52,577 nucleotides of DNA, taken from a virus. Its lineage: Duplodnaviria > Caudoviricetes. Shown here in pieces: positions 16,701-25,908 of the stretch. Location of the stretch: the IMG/VR virus record IMGVR_UViG_3300033148_003991, positions 1 through 52,577 of that record; one strand, given 5' to 3'. Below the pieces are notes generated by a model that was not told where the DNA came from, did no database searches, and worked only from the letters and a program-made list of their open reading frames with translations. Position numbers and translations under genes: made by a program. Each line of letters begins with the position of its first letter. Position 1 is the first letter of the stretch.

Positions 16701-18852
16701 CCTTCGCCTCTACGGGAGGGGCGGCTAACTTCTTGGGTTTGGCGAGTAATTGTTTCTCTACAGCATTTGCCAGTCGCTCATACTGGGCCGCCATCTTTGG
16801 TTCCCAGCCCTCTTCGGTTCGGTGCCACGCGGCGGCATCTCGCGCATAACGCGCAGTCTCGCTGGGATTGCGAGTTGTCGCCTTTGCCAAGGCTTCCTTT
16901 AGTGATTGCTCGCCCAGCGCATAGGCGTTGGCGTTACGCATTGCGGCATCGTTGCTGGAGGTCGGCCGCTTGACAATGGTAGGCTTCTCTCCCGCCTTCG
17001 CTTCTCGCTTCTGCTGTACGAGGGGCTTCGCGGGGGCCACGGCCGTATCTTGTTCCCAATACTGCTCATAATCGCTATACGGAGCAGCAGCAGTCCCGGA
17101 CGTTTCGGGCTGTCCTAGCTGTCGCCTGTGTCGGCGCATTATGTCAACCCACTGGCCTTTAGTCACATCCGCTGGCCTGTGACCCGCCGCCTCAAACTCC
17201 TCAAGTGTCATCTCATGCGGCTGCTTACCCTTCGCTTCCTTCGCCCGTATCTTCTCCTTCAGCCGGCGGGCCTCGGAGGGCTTTTTGGGCGCGGCTTTCG
17301 CGGCCACCTTCTCTTTGATTGTCGTGGGGGGGGCAGCGGGCGCCTCTTGTGTGAGGACCTCTGGGGCTTGTGTGAGGAGTTCAGCCTCTTGTGTGCGCAG
17401 TTCTGGGCTAACTGGGGGGGTTGCAGCAGCAGGTGCAGGCTCTACGGAGGGGGGGGTGGGGGGGGGTGTTATCAGAGGCGCCTTGGGGGCACCCGGTTGG
17501 CCTCGACGAGCAAGGGCCGTGCCAGGCGTTGCCGGCGGTGCTGCCGTAGGAGGCGGCGGAGTCACAGGTCCGCGCGGAGGAGTGCCCGGCGCAGGATACA
17601 CGGGGCTCTTGCCACTCAGGAAGTCATACGCCTCTTGAACAGCCTGGGTCGCCCTGGCATCTGCTTCAGCACCACCAGTATCGGGGTGGTACTGCATGAT
17701 CTTCGCCCGAAAGGCACGTCTAACCTCTGCACGTGTAGCACCTGGTGTAAGGCCCAACTCCTGCAATGCAGTTTCCCGCATCTCCGGTATCTTCGCCCGA
17801 AGCTCAGCCGCAGACCTCGCGTTCCGAACGTAACCGCGAACTTTCTGGCCCAAGATACGAAGCCCACGCAGCGCAGGAGGTATCATCGCGGCTATGACAA
17901 TATCTTCGAGTTCGGCACCGCTAAGAGCGGCGATTCCCGCAAGTGTAGCCGACTGTGCGCCAAGTTTTCCGGCTTTACCGGCCAGCGAGGTCGCTTTGAG
18001 GCTACCAATCGCGTTCAGGGTCAGGGACATGACAGCGCCCTGACCTGGTAGACCCTCGAAGTTCAGCATCTCCCAAGCAAGCATGTCAGCCAAGCGAGGG
18101 TTGGCCTTGGCGAAGCTGGGACCGATGAGTTTCTTGGTCAGGGCCAAATGGGCCACAAACCCCGCGACACCCGCAGCAACATCGACGCCCTTTTCGGCTA
18201 ACGTTGTGGGAGGAGGAACACCGAACTCCAAGGGATCAGCACCGAGCAGGTTCCCTGCGATACCAAGTTGTCGAGCTTTTTGGCCGATTGCGCGGCCCAT
18301 TTCACGAGTCAACACTATATCCGGTTCGGCGGGCACAAGTCCCTTATCAGGAAACCCAGGAAACAATTTCAGGGCCCGCTCTAGATCTTGTGCTTCCTCT
18401 GGCGTAGGCTCAGGCTCATCTCCAAAACCCAGCCACGCATCAGGGAACGCCTTTAGAAGCGCCCACGCCTCCGCCCATCGTCCCCGCTCTCTCGCAGCGT
18501 TCAGTTCCTCACTTATTCGCTGAAAGCGCGGGTCCGTGAATACCTCGCCCATCCTGCCAACCGTCTCGCCAACAAACGTCGCCGGGCGCAATGATTCGGC
18601 GGGACTCAGAAGCATTTCATTCAGCAACTGCTTCCCCGCACGCTCCGGCAGGCCCATCTGTGTTTGCTGGACTGTGTCGGAGGGCGTCAAAAGATCGCGC
18701 AATCGCTCTTGTGCGCTCGTTACGGGCTCGGAGACATTCATAATGTCATCGACGAGGCTCGGTTGCGTGGTGGGCTTGCGGGCGGACATAATGTCCCCCG
18801 CTAATGACTTCGGGCGAGTAGCAGCAATAATGTCATCAAAAAGACTAGGCAT
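13777..18852 (-). CDS. Large internal virion / DNA ejection protein with an embedded DnaJ J-domain
   Basis: 1691 aa, last of three large genes after the tail genes (podovirus ejectosome position). Contains LGLTPGATRAEVRRAFRAKIMQYHPDTGG...AVQEAYDFL. Confidence 0.72.
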   Translation of the reverse strand: MPSLFDDIIAATRPKSLAGDIMSARKPTTQPSLVDDIMNVSEPVTSAQERLRDLLTPSDTVQQTQMGLPERAGKQLLNEMLLSPAESLRPATFVGETVGRMGEVFTDPRFQRISEELNAARERGRWAEAWALLKAFPDAWLGFGDEPEPTPEEAQDLERALKLFPGFPDKGLVPAEPDIVLTREMGRAIGQKARQLGIAGNLLGADPLEFGVPPPTTLAEKGVDVAAGVAGFVAHLALTKKLIGPSFAKANPRLADMLAWEMLNFEGLPGQGAVMSLTLNAIGSLKATSLAGKAGKLGAQSATLAGIAALSGAELEDIVIAAMIPPALRGLRILGQKVRGYVRNARSAAELRAKIPEMRETALQELGLTPGATRAEVRRAFRAKIMQYHPDTGGAEADARATQAVQEAYDFLSGKSPVYPAPGTPPRGPVTPPPPTAAPPATPGTALARRGQPGAPKAPLITPPPTPPSVEPAPAAATPPVSPELRTQEAELLTQAPEVLTQEAPAAPPTTIKEKVAAKAAPKKPSEARRLKEKIRAKEAKGKQPHEMTLEEFEAAGHRPADVTKGQWVDIMRRHRRQLGQPETSGTAAAPYSDYEQYWEQDTAVAPAKPLVQQKREAKAGEKPTIVKRPTSSNDAAMRNANAYALGEQSLKEALAKATTRNPSETARYARDAAAWHRTEEGWEPKMAAQYERLANAVEKQLLAKPKKLAAPPVEAKAEPAEKKLTVQERAAAKAKRKQARTLKAERSAEAKALKARLRAQKKWPQGEPVAETPAQLLRYTLKAMAKAGRQAYRAGQKDLAKTHADLVKQAKSVLNEKLQARIMKVIAKARTPAEIRVVSKSILRLTHLQRHEEAWGDFKKAKKALKKAQLRPEHQKKIDRLMDSFTEKEPSERTLRRLKETIKWAELARDDPIVTLLMEKATKRLERYQQVPLRKLPPESIKAVAAVIREITAQSRIKNTVLLRKAYRDLDKAAQQAADEIGPPEARYSEKLEKPKPGRVKGLVTENDKPDTVAIRLGTTEDNPIYLAQQEIEKAYRGKKLEIMREGEDALQAAIKGGVLDGHPDVLKKWQEELIGIPLPEAYSGGKRLKVLRITRDEQMFLYASLQDPDNRRLIIRGVPITFDRHPGALPVTMTHADIRAFEDTIEADGKAIAMAGFKYINGALRDIHLNPAWLQEHGTEVATRKNYWMRVRNTLYFEKEQPSGIQYVTKMALKDMGIFKDRVGGLQPLLMRGFFDAYYAHVNKVSSYAALSLRIRQMRALLGHPTLSQALVQGKKQTETQYLMTWLDDVEALGRSDVGEYRKIMNWLRRKQYVKNLGLNIKTSFKQVPSFWLAQAEIDVKYLRKGAVGNPWDPEIIREIEWESSWLRMRFRGSRVGLVGPTVDTHSLERFVTGKTSGILEKTMWPLHKGDQAAIVGIWRAVKLEGQDKGLSGQALLDYTRERAEHIISKTQPVWDPVHQSGLARRAHTDWSAALRTLYSSQTNQNWNIVRRANWRFKNGKASKGKVFATWANVIIMNALAMSAINEIFAFIMRGFRLRRKEEDRDLLDYAVEFVGNIARMFYGADLAANTIEVAVDMAKGDQAWEKTDPVEQSYRNLGRFLGKLTLAINQLVNSERYQRDTRLDRKGDLKWKRSLARSAKPARTVAFTVFGIPEFPVRLFEGWYRTATHKPRFKRSKPVRPTRLKPVE

Positions 18853-20372
18853 TATTGCTGCTCTTCAAGCGGGCCGAACTTCTTTTCAAGAGCCTCGCGG
18901 AGACGCCAGGCTGTTGCCGGGTCAGCGCCCTGCTTAAACTGCCGCGCATAGGCAATTGCCTCTGCCAACGTCGGCTTGGATATGAGTTCGGCAATCAGAT
19001 CATCGACAGAGATTGATTCTCCCACTGGTTGCGAAGTTGGCTGCACGGGCTGGGTTGTCCCCGTACTGGGTTGTGTAGTGGCCTGCGTGGTTGGGCTTGT
19101 GGGCTTCTTGGCCATCTTTGGCCTTGCCTTCTTGTGAGCACGCAACGCCCGCTCGTATTCTCTGACAAGGAGACTCGGGTTGTCCTGGATTTTCTTGACG
19201 TCCAGGTCGAGTTCTGTGGCAAGTTCGGCAATGTCTGCCCGCGTACGCTGATGCCGGGTCTCGTTCATCTCCCGCTTGCGCTCCTCAGCGTTTATCTGGC
19301 TGAGGATTCCAGAAGTGTCACGCTCTTGCTCCGTGTACTCGCTAAGTTCCCGCTTGAGCTTGGCGAGAGTTGCCTCGATGTCATTGTAATTGTCCTCAGC
19401 AGCCCGGCTGGCCTTCTTGAGTACCCCCGCCTTCTTAACCCGGCCTTCAAGGCGCTTGCCTTCCGCCGTCCAATCGGCAAGTCCCTGCACGTACGCCTCT
19501 TTGCGGTCTTGCTCCTCGTCCTCCTCAGCCTTTAGTCGTGCCGTTTCGGCCTTCTCCGCCGCCGCCGCGGTCTTTTCGGCGCGCTTTGCCACGATGTCTT
19601 CCTGCCGCTCGCGGACACGCGTGGCTTCCTTCTCCCGAGCTTCGCGTACCCGGGTCTCTTCCTTCCGCGTGGCCTCAGCCCTCTTCTGCTCAGCTTCCGC
19701 TTGCTTGTCCTGTCGCTCCTGTTGATATCGAGCCTCTTCCCGCTCGATAGCCTCTTGTTCCTTGGCCGCCTGCTGAGCCATCTTCTGGGCCATCGAGGGG
19801 GCGCCTGTTGCGTAGTCCTCCAGGAGCTTCATAATGATGGGCCAGGCGTCCATCGGATACAGCGCGCCCTTCTGCACCGCCTGCTGAAGCGTTCGGATTC
19901 GGCCCCGGGCAAACCCCTGCGGGTCCGTCTCGTCGTTTATCCCCCAGTCATTGTCCAATATCAGCGGGCCGAGCCGCATGATCTTCTGCCGGGCCAGCCT
20001 GTTCTGCTGTTTGCGGTTCTCTCGCTTGAGAGCCACGTCCATCCGCTGACGGTCCATCTGACGCTGACGCCACCGGGCCTCTTCTTGCGCAGCTTCCATC
20101 TGCGGGTCGGGGCGGGCCTCCGGCGCCCGACTCCGCTCCTGTGCCCGAGCAGCCCAAGCCCCCGGCCCCCATTTTGCCCTTTGCTCCGGAGTTGCGTAGA
20201 CCGTCCTCTGAGGAGGAAGAGCGGCTATCGTCTGTTCGGTGCGTTGCTGTGCCGCCTGCTCGATCGGTGCGAGAACTGTCGAGCTACCAAGACCCTGGCT
20301 AATGAGCTTCTGGTGGGCGACCGCAATGCTGATCTGGCTGCGTTTGCGTATCTCGCGCTCTCGGTGTGCCAT
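18852..20372 (-). CDS. Coiled-coil internal virion/ejection protein
   Basis: 506 aa, E/A/R/K-rich helical sequence; gene position. Confidence 0.6.
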   Translation of the reverse strand: MAHREREIRKRSQISIAVAHQKLISQGLGSSTVLAPIEQAAQQRTEQTIAALPPQRTVYATPEQRAKWGPGAWAARAQERSRAPEARPDPQMEAAQEEARWRQRQMDRQRMDVALKRENRKQQNRLARQKIMRLGPLILDNDWGINDETDPQGFARGRIRTLQQAVQKGALYPMDAWPIIMKLLEDYATGAPSMAQKMAQQAAKEQEAIEREEARYQQERQDKQAEAEQKRAEATRKEETRVREAREKEATRVRERQEDIVAKRAEKTAAAAEKAETARLKAEEDEEQDRKEAYVQGLADWTAEGKRLEGRVKKAGVLKKASRAAEDNYNDIEATLAKLKRELSEYTEQERDTSGILSQINAEERKREMNETRHQRTRADIAELATELDLDVKKIQDNPSLLVREYERALRAHKKARPKMAKKPTSPTTQATTQPSTGTTQPVQPTSQPVGESISVDDLIAELISKPTLAEAIAYARQFKQGADPATAWRLREALEKKFGPLEEQQ

Positions 20373-20373
20373 A

Positions 20374-20985
20374 TCATCTCCCCAACATCTGCTGAATCTG
20401 GGCTTGGGCGTACTGGGCTATCTGGTCAGGCGACAGCCAGGGATACCTTCGAGTGAACTCCTGTATCAGTGAGAAAAAGGTGTCCTGAGCACTCTGGCCC
20501 CCCGGAAGTCTTACATCCGCTCCCGGAGCCGGCTGAAGAGGCTTGCCAGCTTGAGGGTCGCCGTAGGCCCCTGTGAAGGCTTGCTGGGGCATTCCGTGCG
20601 CCCCCATCCTTTCCCTTGGCAAACCACGTTGAATCGTCTGTGGGGGCGTTCCGTAGGCCCTCTGGGCCTCTAGATTGCCGCCAAGCATTAGCGGCTGCTC
20701 CAAAGGTCCAAACAGGGCCTCGTCGCCCATGTCCTGCGTCTTCACGGGTGCCCCGTAAACTCCACTACGCTGTTGGGCGAGCTTTTTTCCTGCCCGAATG
20801 GCCCACGGATTATAGCCCTGGGTACGTTGTGTACGTTGTGTACGCCGACTGCCGTAAACGCCTCTAGCCCTAGCAGGTTGCGCACGCGCAGCGCGCGGCC
20901 GGGGCTTGTTAATCCCGTACAGGTAGCGCCGCTTGAAGCGGCTGGCCGCCCTTCCAACGGCACGCGGTCCAAAAAAGTTTGCCAT
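20374..20985 (-). CDS. Putative internal virion protein
   Basis: G/Q/R-rich low-complexity sequence, GGAGG RBS; gene position. Confidence 0.55.
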   Translation of the reverse strand: MANFFGPRAVGRAASRFKRRYLYGINKPRPRAARAQPARARGVYGSRRTQRTQRTQGYNPWAIRAGKKLAQQRSGVYGAPVKTQDMGDEALFGPLEQPLMLGGNLEAQRAYGTPPQTIQRGLPRERMGAHGMPQQAFTGAYGDPQAGKPLQPAPGADVRLPGGQSAQDTFFSLIQEFTRRYPWLSPDQIAQYAQAQIQQMLGR

Positions 20986-21007
20986 ATCTGAAAACCTCCG
21001 CTATAAT
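20979..21007 (+). promoter_or_regulatory. Sigma70-type promoter for the antisense three-gene cassette
   Basis: TTGCCA-17 nt-TATAAT, then AAGGAG RBS and ATG at 21028. Confidence 0.75.
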
Positions 21008-21027
21008 ACGTGTAAGGAGCAATACAG

Positions 21028-21291
21028 ATGCAGATTGAGTTTGCAACATGCGAACGGAATAAGGCGCTGGACTGGATACGTCAGGTTTATCCCAGCGCTA
21101 CCATCGAGGACGCGCCCGAAAGCGCTGGCCCGCTTTTGGACTTTATCGAGCAGGACCGCATTCGCATTCAGGACCCGATGATGTACGGTCACCGCATCAA
21201 TGTCGTGCCTGGCCGCAAGTGGGTCGAAACCGTCGCCGGCCGGAAGGCAGTGCTTGCTGCGGTTCGGGTACTACGCGATTCGTTGCCGTGA
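21028..21291 (+). CDS. Hypothetical protein (moron cassette gene 1)
   Basis: Strong RBS and its own promoter. Confidence 0.72.
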   Translation: MQIEFATCERNKALDWIRQVYPSATIEDAPESAGPLLDFIEQDRIRIQDPMMYGHRINVVPGRKWVETVAGRKAVLAAVRVLRDSLP

Positions 21292-21304
21292 AGGAGCAAT
21301 ACGA

Positions 21305-21721
21305 ATGAACAAGAAGCCCGTTTGGGGCGAAGAAGTACGTGAAGGCGACGATGCCCTCTCTACGCTTTGCGGTCTTGATGCTGAAATGGTCGCCCTCAAG
21401 GCCGAGAACGCCAAGCTAGCCGATATTGTCAAGGACCGCGACGAGGCAATCCACTACCTCCAGGACGCGCTTGAACACCGCGCGGCCGAGAACGCCAAGC
21501 TGCGTGCTCGCTTCTGTGAGGCGCATCTTGAGGAGTGCCCTTCATCGCCTGTCTGTCCTTGTTGTGAAGCGGCACGCGAACAAGACATGCGGCTGGCCAG
21601 AGAGGCCGAGAACGCCAAGCTGACGGCCGAACTAGACGATATCAAAACGGCAATCGAGGCCCAGGATGAGAACTTTGCTTTTGTCTGGAAAGACGCCACC
21701 GGTAAGGATTGGGAACCGTGA
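21305..21721 (+). CDS. Coiled-coil protein with three AENAKL repeats (moron cassette gene 2)
   Basis: AAGGAGCAATAC RBS is shared with gene 1. The 18-bp GGCCGAGAACGCCAAGCT occurs three times. Confidence 0.7.
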   Translation: MNKKPVWGEEVREGDDALSTLCGLDAEMVALKAENAKLADIVKDRDEAIHYLQDALEHRAAENAKLRARFCEAHLEECPSSPVCPCCEAAREQDMRLAREAENAKLTAELDDIKTAIEAQDENFAFVWKDATGKDWEP

Positions 21722-22017
21722 AACGCCTCTGGCCGCTGATCCTCGTCACCATCCTGATCGCCCTGCCGGTCACATGCTATTTCCATGACGATCTCTTCGG
21801 GCCAGACTCGCAGTTTCGTGTTGGCGATGCCGTCAAAGTAATCGCTGAAGACCGCGTTGGCATCGTCCAAAAGGTCAAAATGATCCCTGTCGCCTGGAAA
21901 TCAAGAGAGACGGTCCCGACCTATCTCGTCTGGTGGGTGAACGGCAGCAAGGTCGAGATGGGGGGCAAGTGGTGTTCGGACGAAGAGCTTGCCGCCGTAC
22001 CTCATCCCTTCCATTAG
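21718..22017 (+). CDS. Membrane-anchored KOW/SH3-like protein (moron cassette gene 3)
   Basis: N-terminal TM segment, then FRVGDAVKV...GIV. Confidence 0.6.
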   Translation: MKRLWPLILVTILIALPVTCYFHDDLFGPDSQFRVGDAVKVIAEDRVGIVQKVKMIPVAWKSRETVPTYLVWWVNGSKVEMGGKWCSDEELAAVPHPFH

Positions 22018-23330
22018 TGCCCGTCGCCGATATCTTGGTAGGTCCCCGTAACGTCCACATCGCCGAAGTACAGGATTTTGATGCAGTACACCGCCTCTGC
22101 CTCAATCTGCCCTGGGTTAGCACACACCACATTCAAGTGCCCATCAGCGTCGTTAATCGTCATGTAGAATGAGCCAACCCCCGTGATTTCGCAGGTGCCG
22201 AAAAGGTCGTCCTGGTCAGCCTCCCCGTAAGTGAACATCCCCGCCGACCCATTATCAGCATCGGTATCCAAATACTGCGGGTCGCCGCCGGAATCTTCTT
22301 TCGCCCACCACATCAAATGCCGCGCTCGCCAGTCGGCACTCGACACTTCCGTCGTAATCGTTGCATCGACCCCAACAAGCGATTTGTAGTGAACCTTCAC
22401 CCAGGTTATCGATTCAGCCACCGAGCCTGCACCAGCGCCATCACCTGTATTCACCACCGTCACGGTCGCCACGTCGTCCGTTTCCGACACCGTTGTGGAT
22501 ATGCCCGTCCCGCCCTCGATCTTCAACGTGTGTATCAGCGTTCCCGGGCCGCCGCTATCCGCATGGACCTCGTGAATCCGTGGTGCCGCCCACGCCACGC
22601 CGGGCGAGGCCGTGCGGTTAGTCAGCACGGTGCCCGAAGAGCCGGTCTTATTGAACTCCTTCCACTTCGTCGGGGTGTCCTGCCCCACCACCAGCGAGCC
22701 GATGGACGGGCCGGAGGCCGTGGTGTCCGGGTGCACATCCCCATCCAGCAGGTTGTGGTCGGTCGCCGTCCAGGTGCTCGGCAAGACCACCGTGTGGTCG
22801 GCCAAGGTCGTCGAACCTGAGATCGCATGCCCAGCCTGGTCGCGCGAAAGGTTCCGGCCCGTCACGCCGACGCTCAACGTCCTGGTGCCCACATCGTAGG
22901 CCAAGCCGGTGACTTTGTCGGAATACGGCTCGACCGTCAACCCACTGAAGCTGCTCCCCGTCTCCACAAGCTCGTGGTTGTGGATATGGTCGCCTCGCGA
23001 GAACCTTGTCGAGCTTCCGACGTTTGCAGCTACCTGAGACGAGACGACCACCGGAAGGTTGTTCGACCCCATCCCGCGCATGCGGATGCCCCAGGTGGGG
23101 TCTTGCGTGTTCAGTACGATCCCCTCGTCCGTGACTTCCAGAGGAGGCTGGACCCGGACCGTGTAGGTCCCGTTGATCCCCTCGATAGCCCTTCCGTCAG
23201 CCAGGTTGCCGTTGTGGATCAACTGGAGAACGTGCTGAATGCCCTCCTGGATCGGCGCATCTCCCGCATGGGGGAATGTGCGCGGGGGGACGAGCACGCC
23301 GGCACGTGGATGCCGCTGAACGAACCTCAC
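22014..23330 (-). CDS. Tail fibre/needle-like virion protein
   Basis: T/G/D-rich, FSRGDHIH fibre-type motif, follows the nozzle gene. Confidence 0.55.
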   Translation of the reverse strand: MRFVQRHPRAGVLVPPRTFPHAGDAPIQEGIQHVLQLIHNGNLADGRAIEGINGTYTVRVQPPLEVTDEGIVLNTQDPTWGIRMRGMGSNNLPVVVSSQVAANVGSSTRFSRGDHIHNHELVETGSSFSGLTVEPYSDKVTGLAYDVGTRTLSVGVTGRNLSRDQAGHAISGSTTLADHTVVLPSTWTATDHNLLDGDVHPDTTASGPSIGSLVVGQDTPTKWKEFNKTGSSGTVLTNRTASPGVAWAAPRIHEVHADSGGPGTLIHTLKIEGGTGISTTVSETDDVATVTVVNTGDGAGAGSVAESITWVKVHYKSLVGVDATITTEVSSADWRARHLMWWAKEDSGGDPQYLDTDADNGSAGMFTYGEADQDDLFGTCEITGVGSFYMTINDADGHLNVVCANPGQIEAEAVYCIKILYFGDVDVTGTYQDIGDGH

Positions 23331-25492
23331 CTCTGCGGGCCTCCGTCATTGACCTCCACGGCTATGTTCTCAATCCCCCACCGTCTCCCGACAGTCTTGC
23401 CCGAGACCTTCACCGCATGCGCTCCTCCTCGCACTCTCGTCCTGTTGGGTATATTCCTGCCCGGCCCCCAGACACCGGAGCAAATGCTCGTCCCCCCCGT
23501 CACCCCTTCGACGTTGTCCGCTGTGTATATATCGTAATTGACCGTGTCACCCGTTGCCGAGGTGGTACCTTGGATAAGAGCGATGACGGCGTCTCGGCGG
23601 AGGGAGTTGGAGAGTCTTTGAGGTCGAGTCCAAACGTAAGAGTCGATCGCCGCTGTAGCACCCGTAACGTCTCCCTTAACATCCTCATCGAACTCGTAGA
23701 CATACCCGTCGTGCCCTCCCAAGAGGAGCTTCCGGTACGAAGCCCCGCTCGCGTTGTAGTAGGCCACTGTCGTAGGTCCGAGGGCCTTGGGATACTTCTC
23801 GGGCCAGAATGAGTTCGTCCTGAGATCATAAAAATAGTGCGTACCAGCAGTGGCCGCACCGTAAGGAGTCAGGAATAACAGCACTCCGTGTCTATCCGCA
23901 TCATAAGACATGGAGATATAATGCTCCCCCGCGGTCCCACCTGTACCGGGCTTGACGTGCTTGTAGCCCGACAGAGAAGGCAGGCGGGAAGATGTGAGGT
24001 TCACGGGGGCTGAATGCGCGGACATCTTGAACAGACCCTCTTCGCCGAAGAAGTACAGGTTGCCTTGCAGGTCTGTAGTCCAGGCGTTCTGGCCCAAGAT
24101 GCCCGTCTGGTCTGTGAGGCGGATTGCCCGGCCGCCGGCCTTCGGGTCGCCGTGCATCACCCAGATACTCCGGGAACAGCCGAAGACAAGCACGTCGTCA
24201 CTCAAGGGACATGCGGCCTGGATCGGGTCGCCGATCCTGCCTGCAACGGAGAGATTCCCCGCCACGGCAGCTTCAGCGTCTTCCTGTCCATAGTCGAAGT
24301 CGAACGGGTCGCCTACCCTCGACATGTAATAGTTCTGCGGGTCAACCTTCGCGCCGAAGAGAACGACTCGATTCCGCCAGTTCACTATCCCGGTACACGT
24401 CGAGACAATCGCGCCTTTCCGAGCCGTCCACGGAAGAACCTTCGAGGGATCGCTTTCCATCGGCCGGTAGACTTTCGGGGTCGTACCACCCACGATGAAT
24501 AGGTTCCCGTCAAGGTGCGCGGCGGAGTACAGGGCGACATCCGCAAGCTGGTCGGAGTCTTTCACCGTGGGGCCGGTGCCTTCCGCTATTTCTCCATAAA
24601 CCAGCCTGTTCCCGATCATCACGAGCTCGCGCGCCGTGGCAACCGGAGTGGTCATAGTGGTCAGGTGCCAGTCGTGGACCTGTATGTCCATGTGGCTCAT
24701 CGGGTACCAGGATATACTGGGATCGGTGAGGGTCATAGCAAAGCCTGCTGCGTCACAAGCGTCCGTCTGCGTGCGCGTGGCGCTACCTCTTTCAATGCCG
24801 TTCCAGAACAGCTTTACCGTCGGCCCCCGAGCTTCGACGTGCAGATCGCCGCCGGTTACGCCGAACATCATACCATAGTGCGCGGTGTAGACGGCCCCGC
24901 CGTTAAGCGAGAGTTGAAGCTTCGTCTGGAAACCCGAACCTGGAGATGCTATCTCCGTCCCCGTCACGGCAACGGTGGCGATCGCACCGTGCGTGCCGAT
25001 CTTATCGTTGTAGGAGACATGAAACCCCACCGCGCCCGTGGTCCCGTACTTCCATTTCAACGTAGCATACAGGTCGAAGTCATTCCATGTATCCCCAGCG
25101 AAGCCAGCATAATCCGCCGCTTGGCTGGTGGTCGCGCCGGCCAGATGGACATAGCCATTGGTTCGGCGCACAGGCCCGTCACTTGTCCAGTTCGTCTCGT
25201 CGTCAAGACAGGCTTCGCCGGAGTAGGAGTCGAAGTTGTCCGTGTACAACACGGTGTCTCCGAACCCCCAGTCCAACCAGCCCATCCACTGGATAGGAGA
25301 CGTGGTGCCGCCTACTTGAGCGGTGTACGCCCTCTTCAGACCTGGACGGATACCACCTCTGGCTCGTTCCTGGTCGGCGGAGTATGGGCGCACGTTTTGC
25401 GCAGACGGTGTGGTCTGGAGCGGTTGTTTACTGTGTGCCCAATTCGCATCCTGACCACCGAGCGGAAAGAATATCTCTCGCTCTTTAGCCAT
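23327..25492 (-). CDS. Tail nozzle / DNA stabilisation protein (P22 gp10 / T7 gp12-like beta-propeller)
   Basis: WRNRVVLF...YYMSRVGDPFDFD, YFYDLRTNSFW and LLLGGHDGYVY propeller motifs. Confidence 0.75.
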   Translation of the reverse strand: MAKEREIFFPLGGQDANWAHSKQPLQTTPSAQNVRPYSADQERARGGIRPGLKRAYTAQVGGTTSPIQWMGWLDWGFGDTVLYTDNFDSYSGEACLDDETNWTSDGPVRRTNGYVHLAGATTSQAADYAGFAGDTWNDFDLYATLKWKYGTTGAVGFHVSYNDKIGTHGAIATVAVTGTEIASPGSGFQTKLQLSLNGGAVYTAHYGMMFGVTGGDLHVEARGPTVKLFWNGIERGSATRTQTDACDAAGFAMTLTDPSISWYPMSHMDIQVHDWHLTTMTTPVATARELVMIGNRLVYGEIAEGTGPTVKDSDQLADVALYSAAHLDGNLFIVGGTTPKVYRPMESDPSKVLPWTARKGAIVSTCTGIVNWRNRVVLFGAKVDPQNYYMSRVGDPFDFDYGQEDAEAAVAGNLSVAGRIGDPIQAACPLSDDVLVFGCSRSIWVMHGDPKAGGRAIRLTDQTGILGQNAWTTDLQGNLYFFGEEGLFKMSAHSAPVNLTSSRLPSLSGYKHVKPGTGGTAGEHYISMSYDADRHGVLLFLTPYGAATAGTHYFYDLRTNSFWPEKYPKALGPTTVAYYNASGASYRKLLLGGHDGYVYEFDEDVKGDVTGATAAIDSYVWTRPQRLSNSLRRDAVIALIQGTTSATGDTVNYDIYTADNVEGVTGGTSICSGVWGPGRNIPNRTRVRGGAHAVKVSGKTVGRRWGIENIAVEVNDGGPQR

Positions 25493-25896
25493 TACGAGGC
25501 TGCCGTGGCAGTCACCCCGGCGCTATTCTGAGCATACCATGCCGCTGTCCCGCCGATCAACTCAATGGCAAAGTCGCCAAACTCGCCGGGCAAAACATAG
25601 GCATGGTCATAATTCGCGCCGGCATTGCCAAATCCGGCGGCGGCTTTAACATTGTAAGTCTTAGCGTCAGTCGTGCCGCCTGTTCCATTGAAGACCCGGA
25701 AGTTGCACCCTTGGAGTTTCGCTTCGGCCTGGGGCAACGTTCCTGTCCCCACACCACCCGCTCCATCCGTGCCGCCGTTCCAAACGTAACTCCCGCGCTT
25801 GATGTCCCCTACATTGAAGGTCTTAGTGGTCGTTGAGCCTGTCATTCTATTGTACGACTCATATTCGCCTGTCTGCCAATTCGCTTTGTTAGCCAT
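25492..25896 (-). CDS. Putative virion protein
   Basis: G/T/A-rich 134 aa within the tail operon. Confidence 0.6.
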   Translation of the reverse strand: MANKANWQTGEYESYNRMTGSTTTKTFNVGDIKRGSYVWNGGTDGAGGVGTGTLPQAEAKLQGCNFRVFNGTGGTTDAKTYNVKAAAGFGNAGANYDHAYVLPGEFGDFAIELIGGTAAWYAQNSAGVTATAAS

Positions 25897-25908
25897 GATG
25901 GCCCTCCG

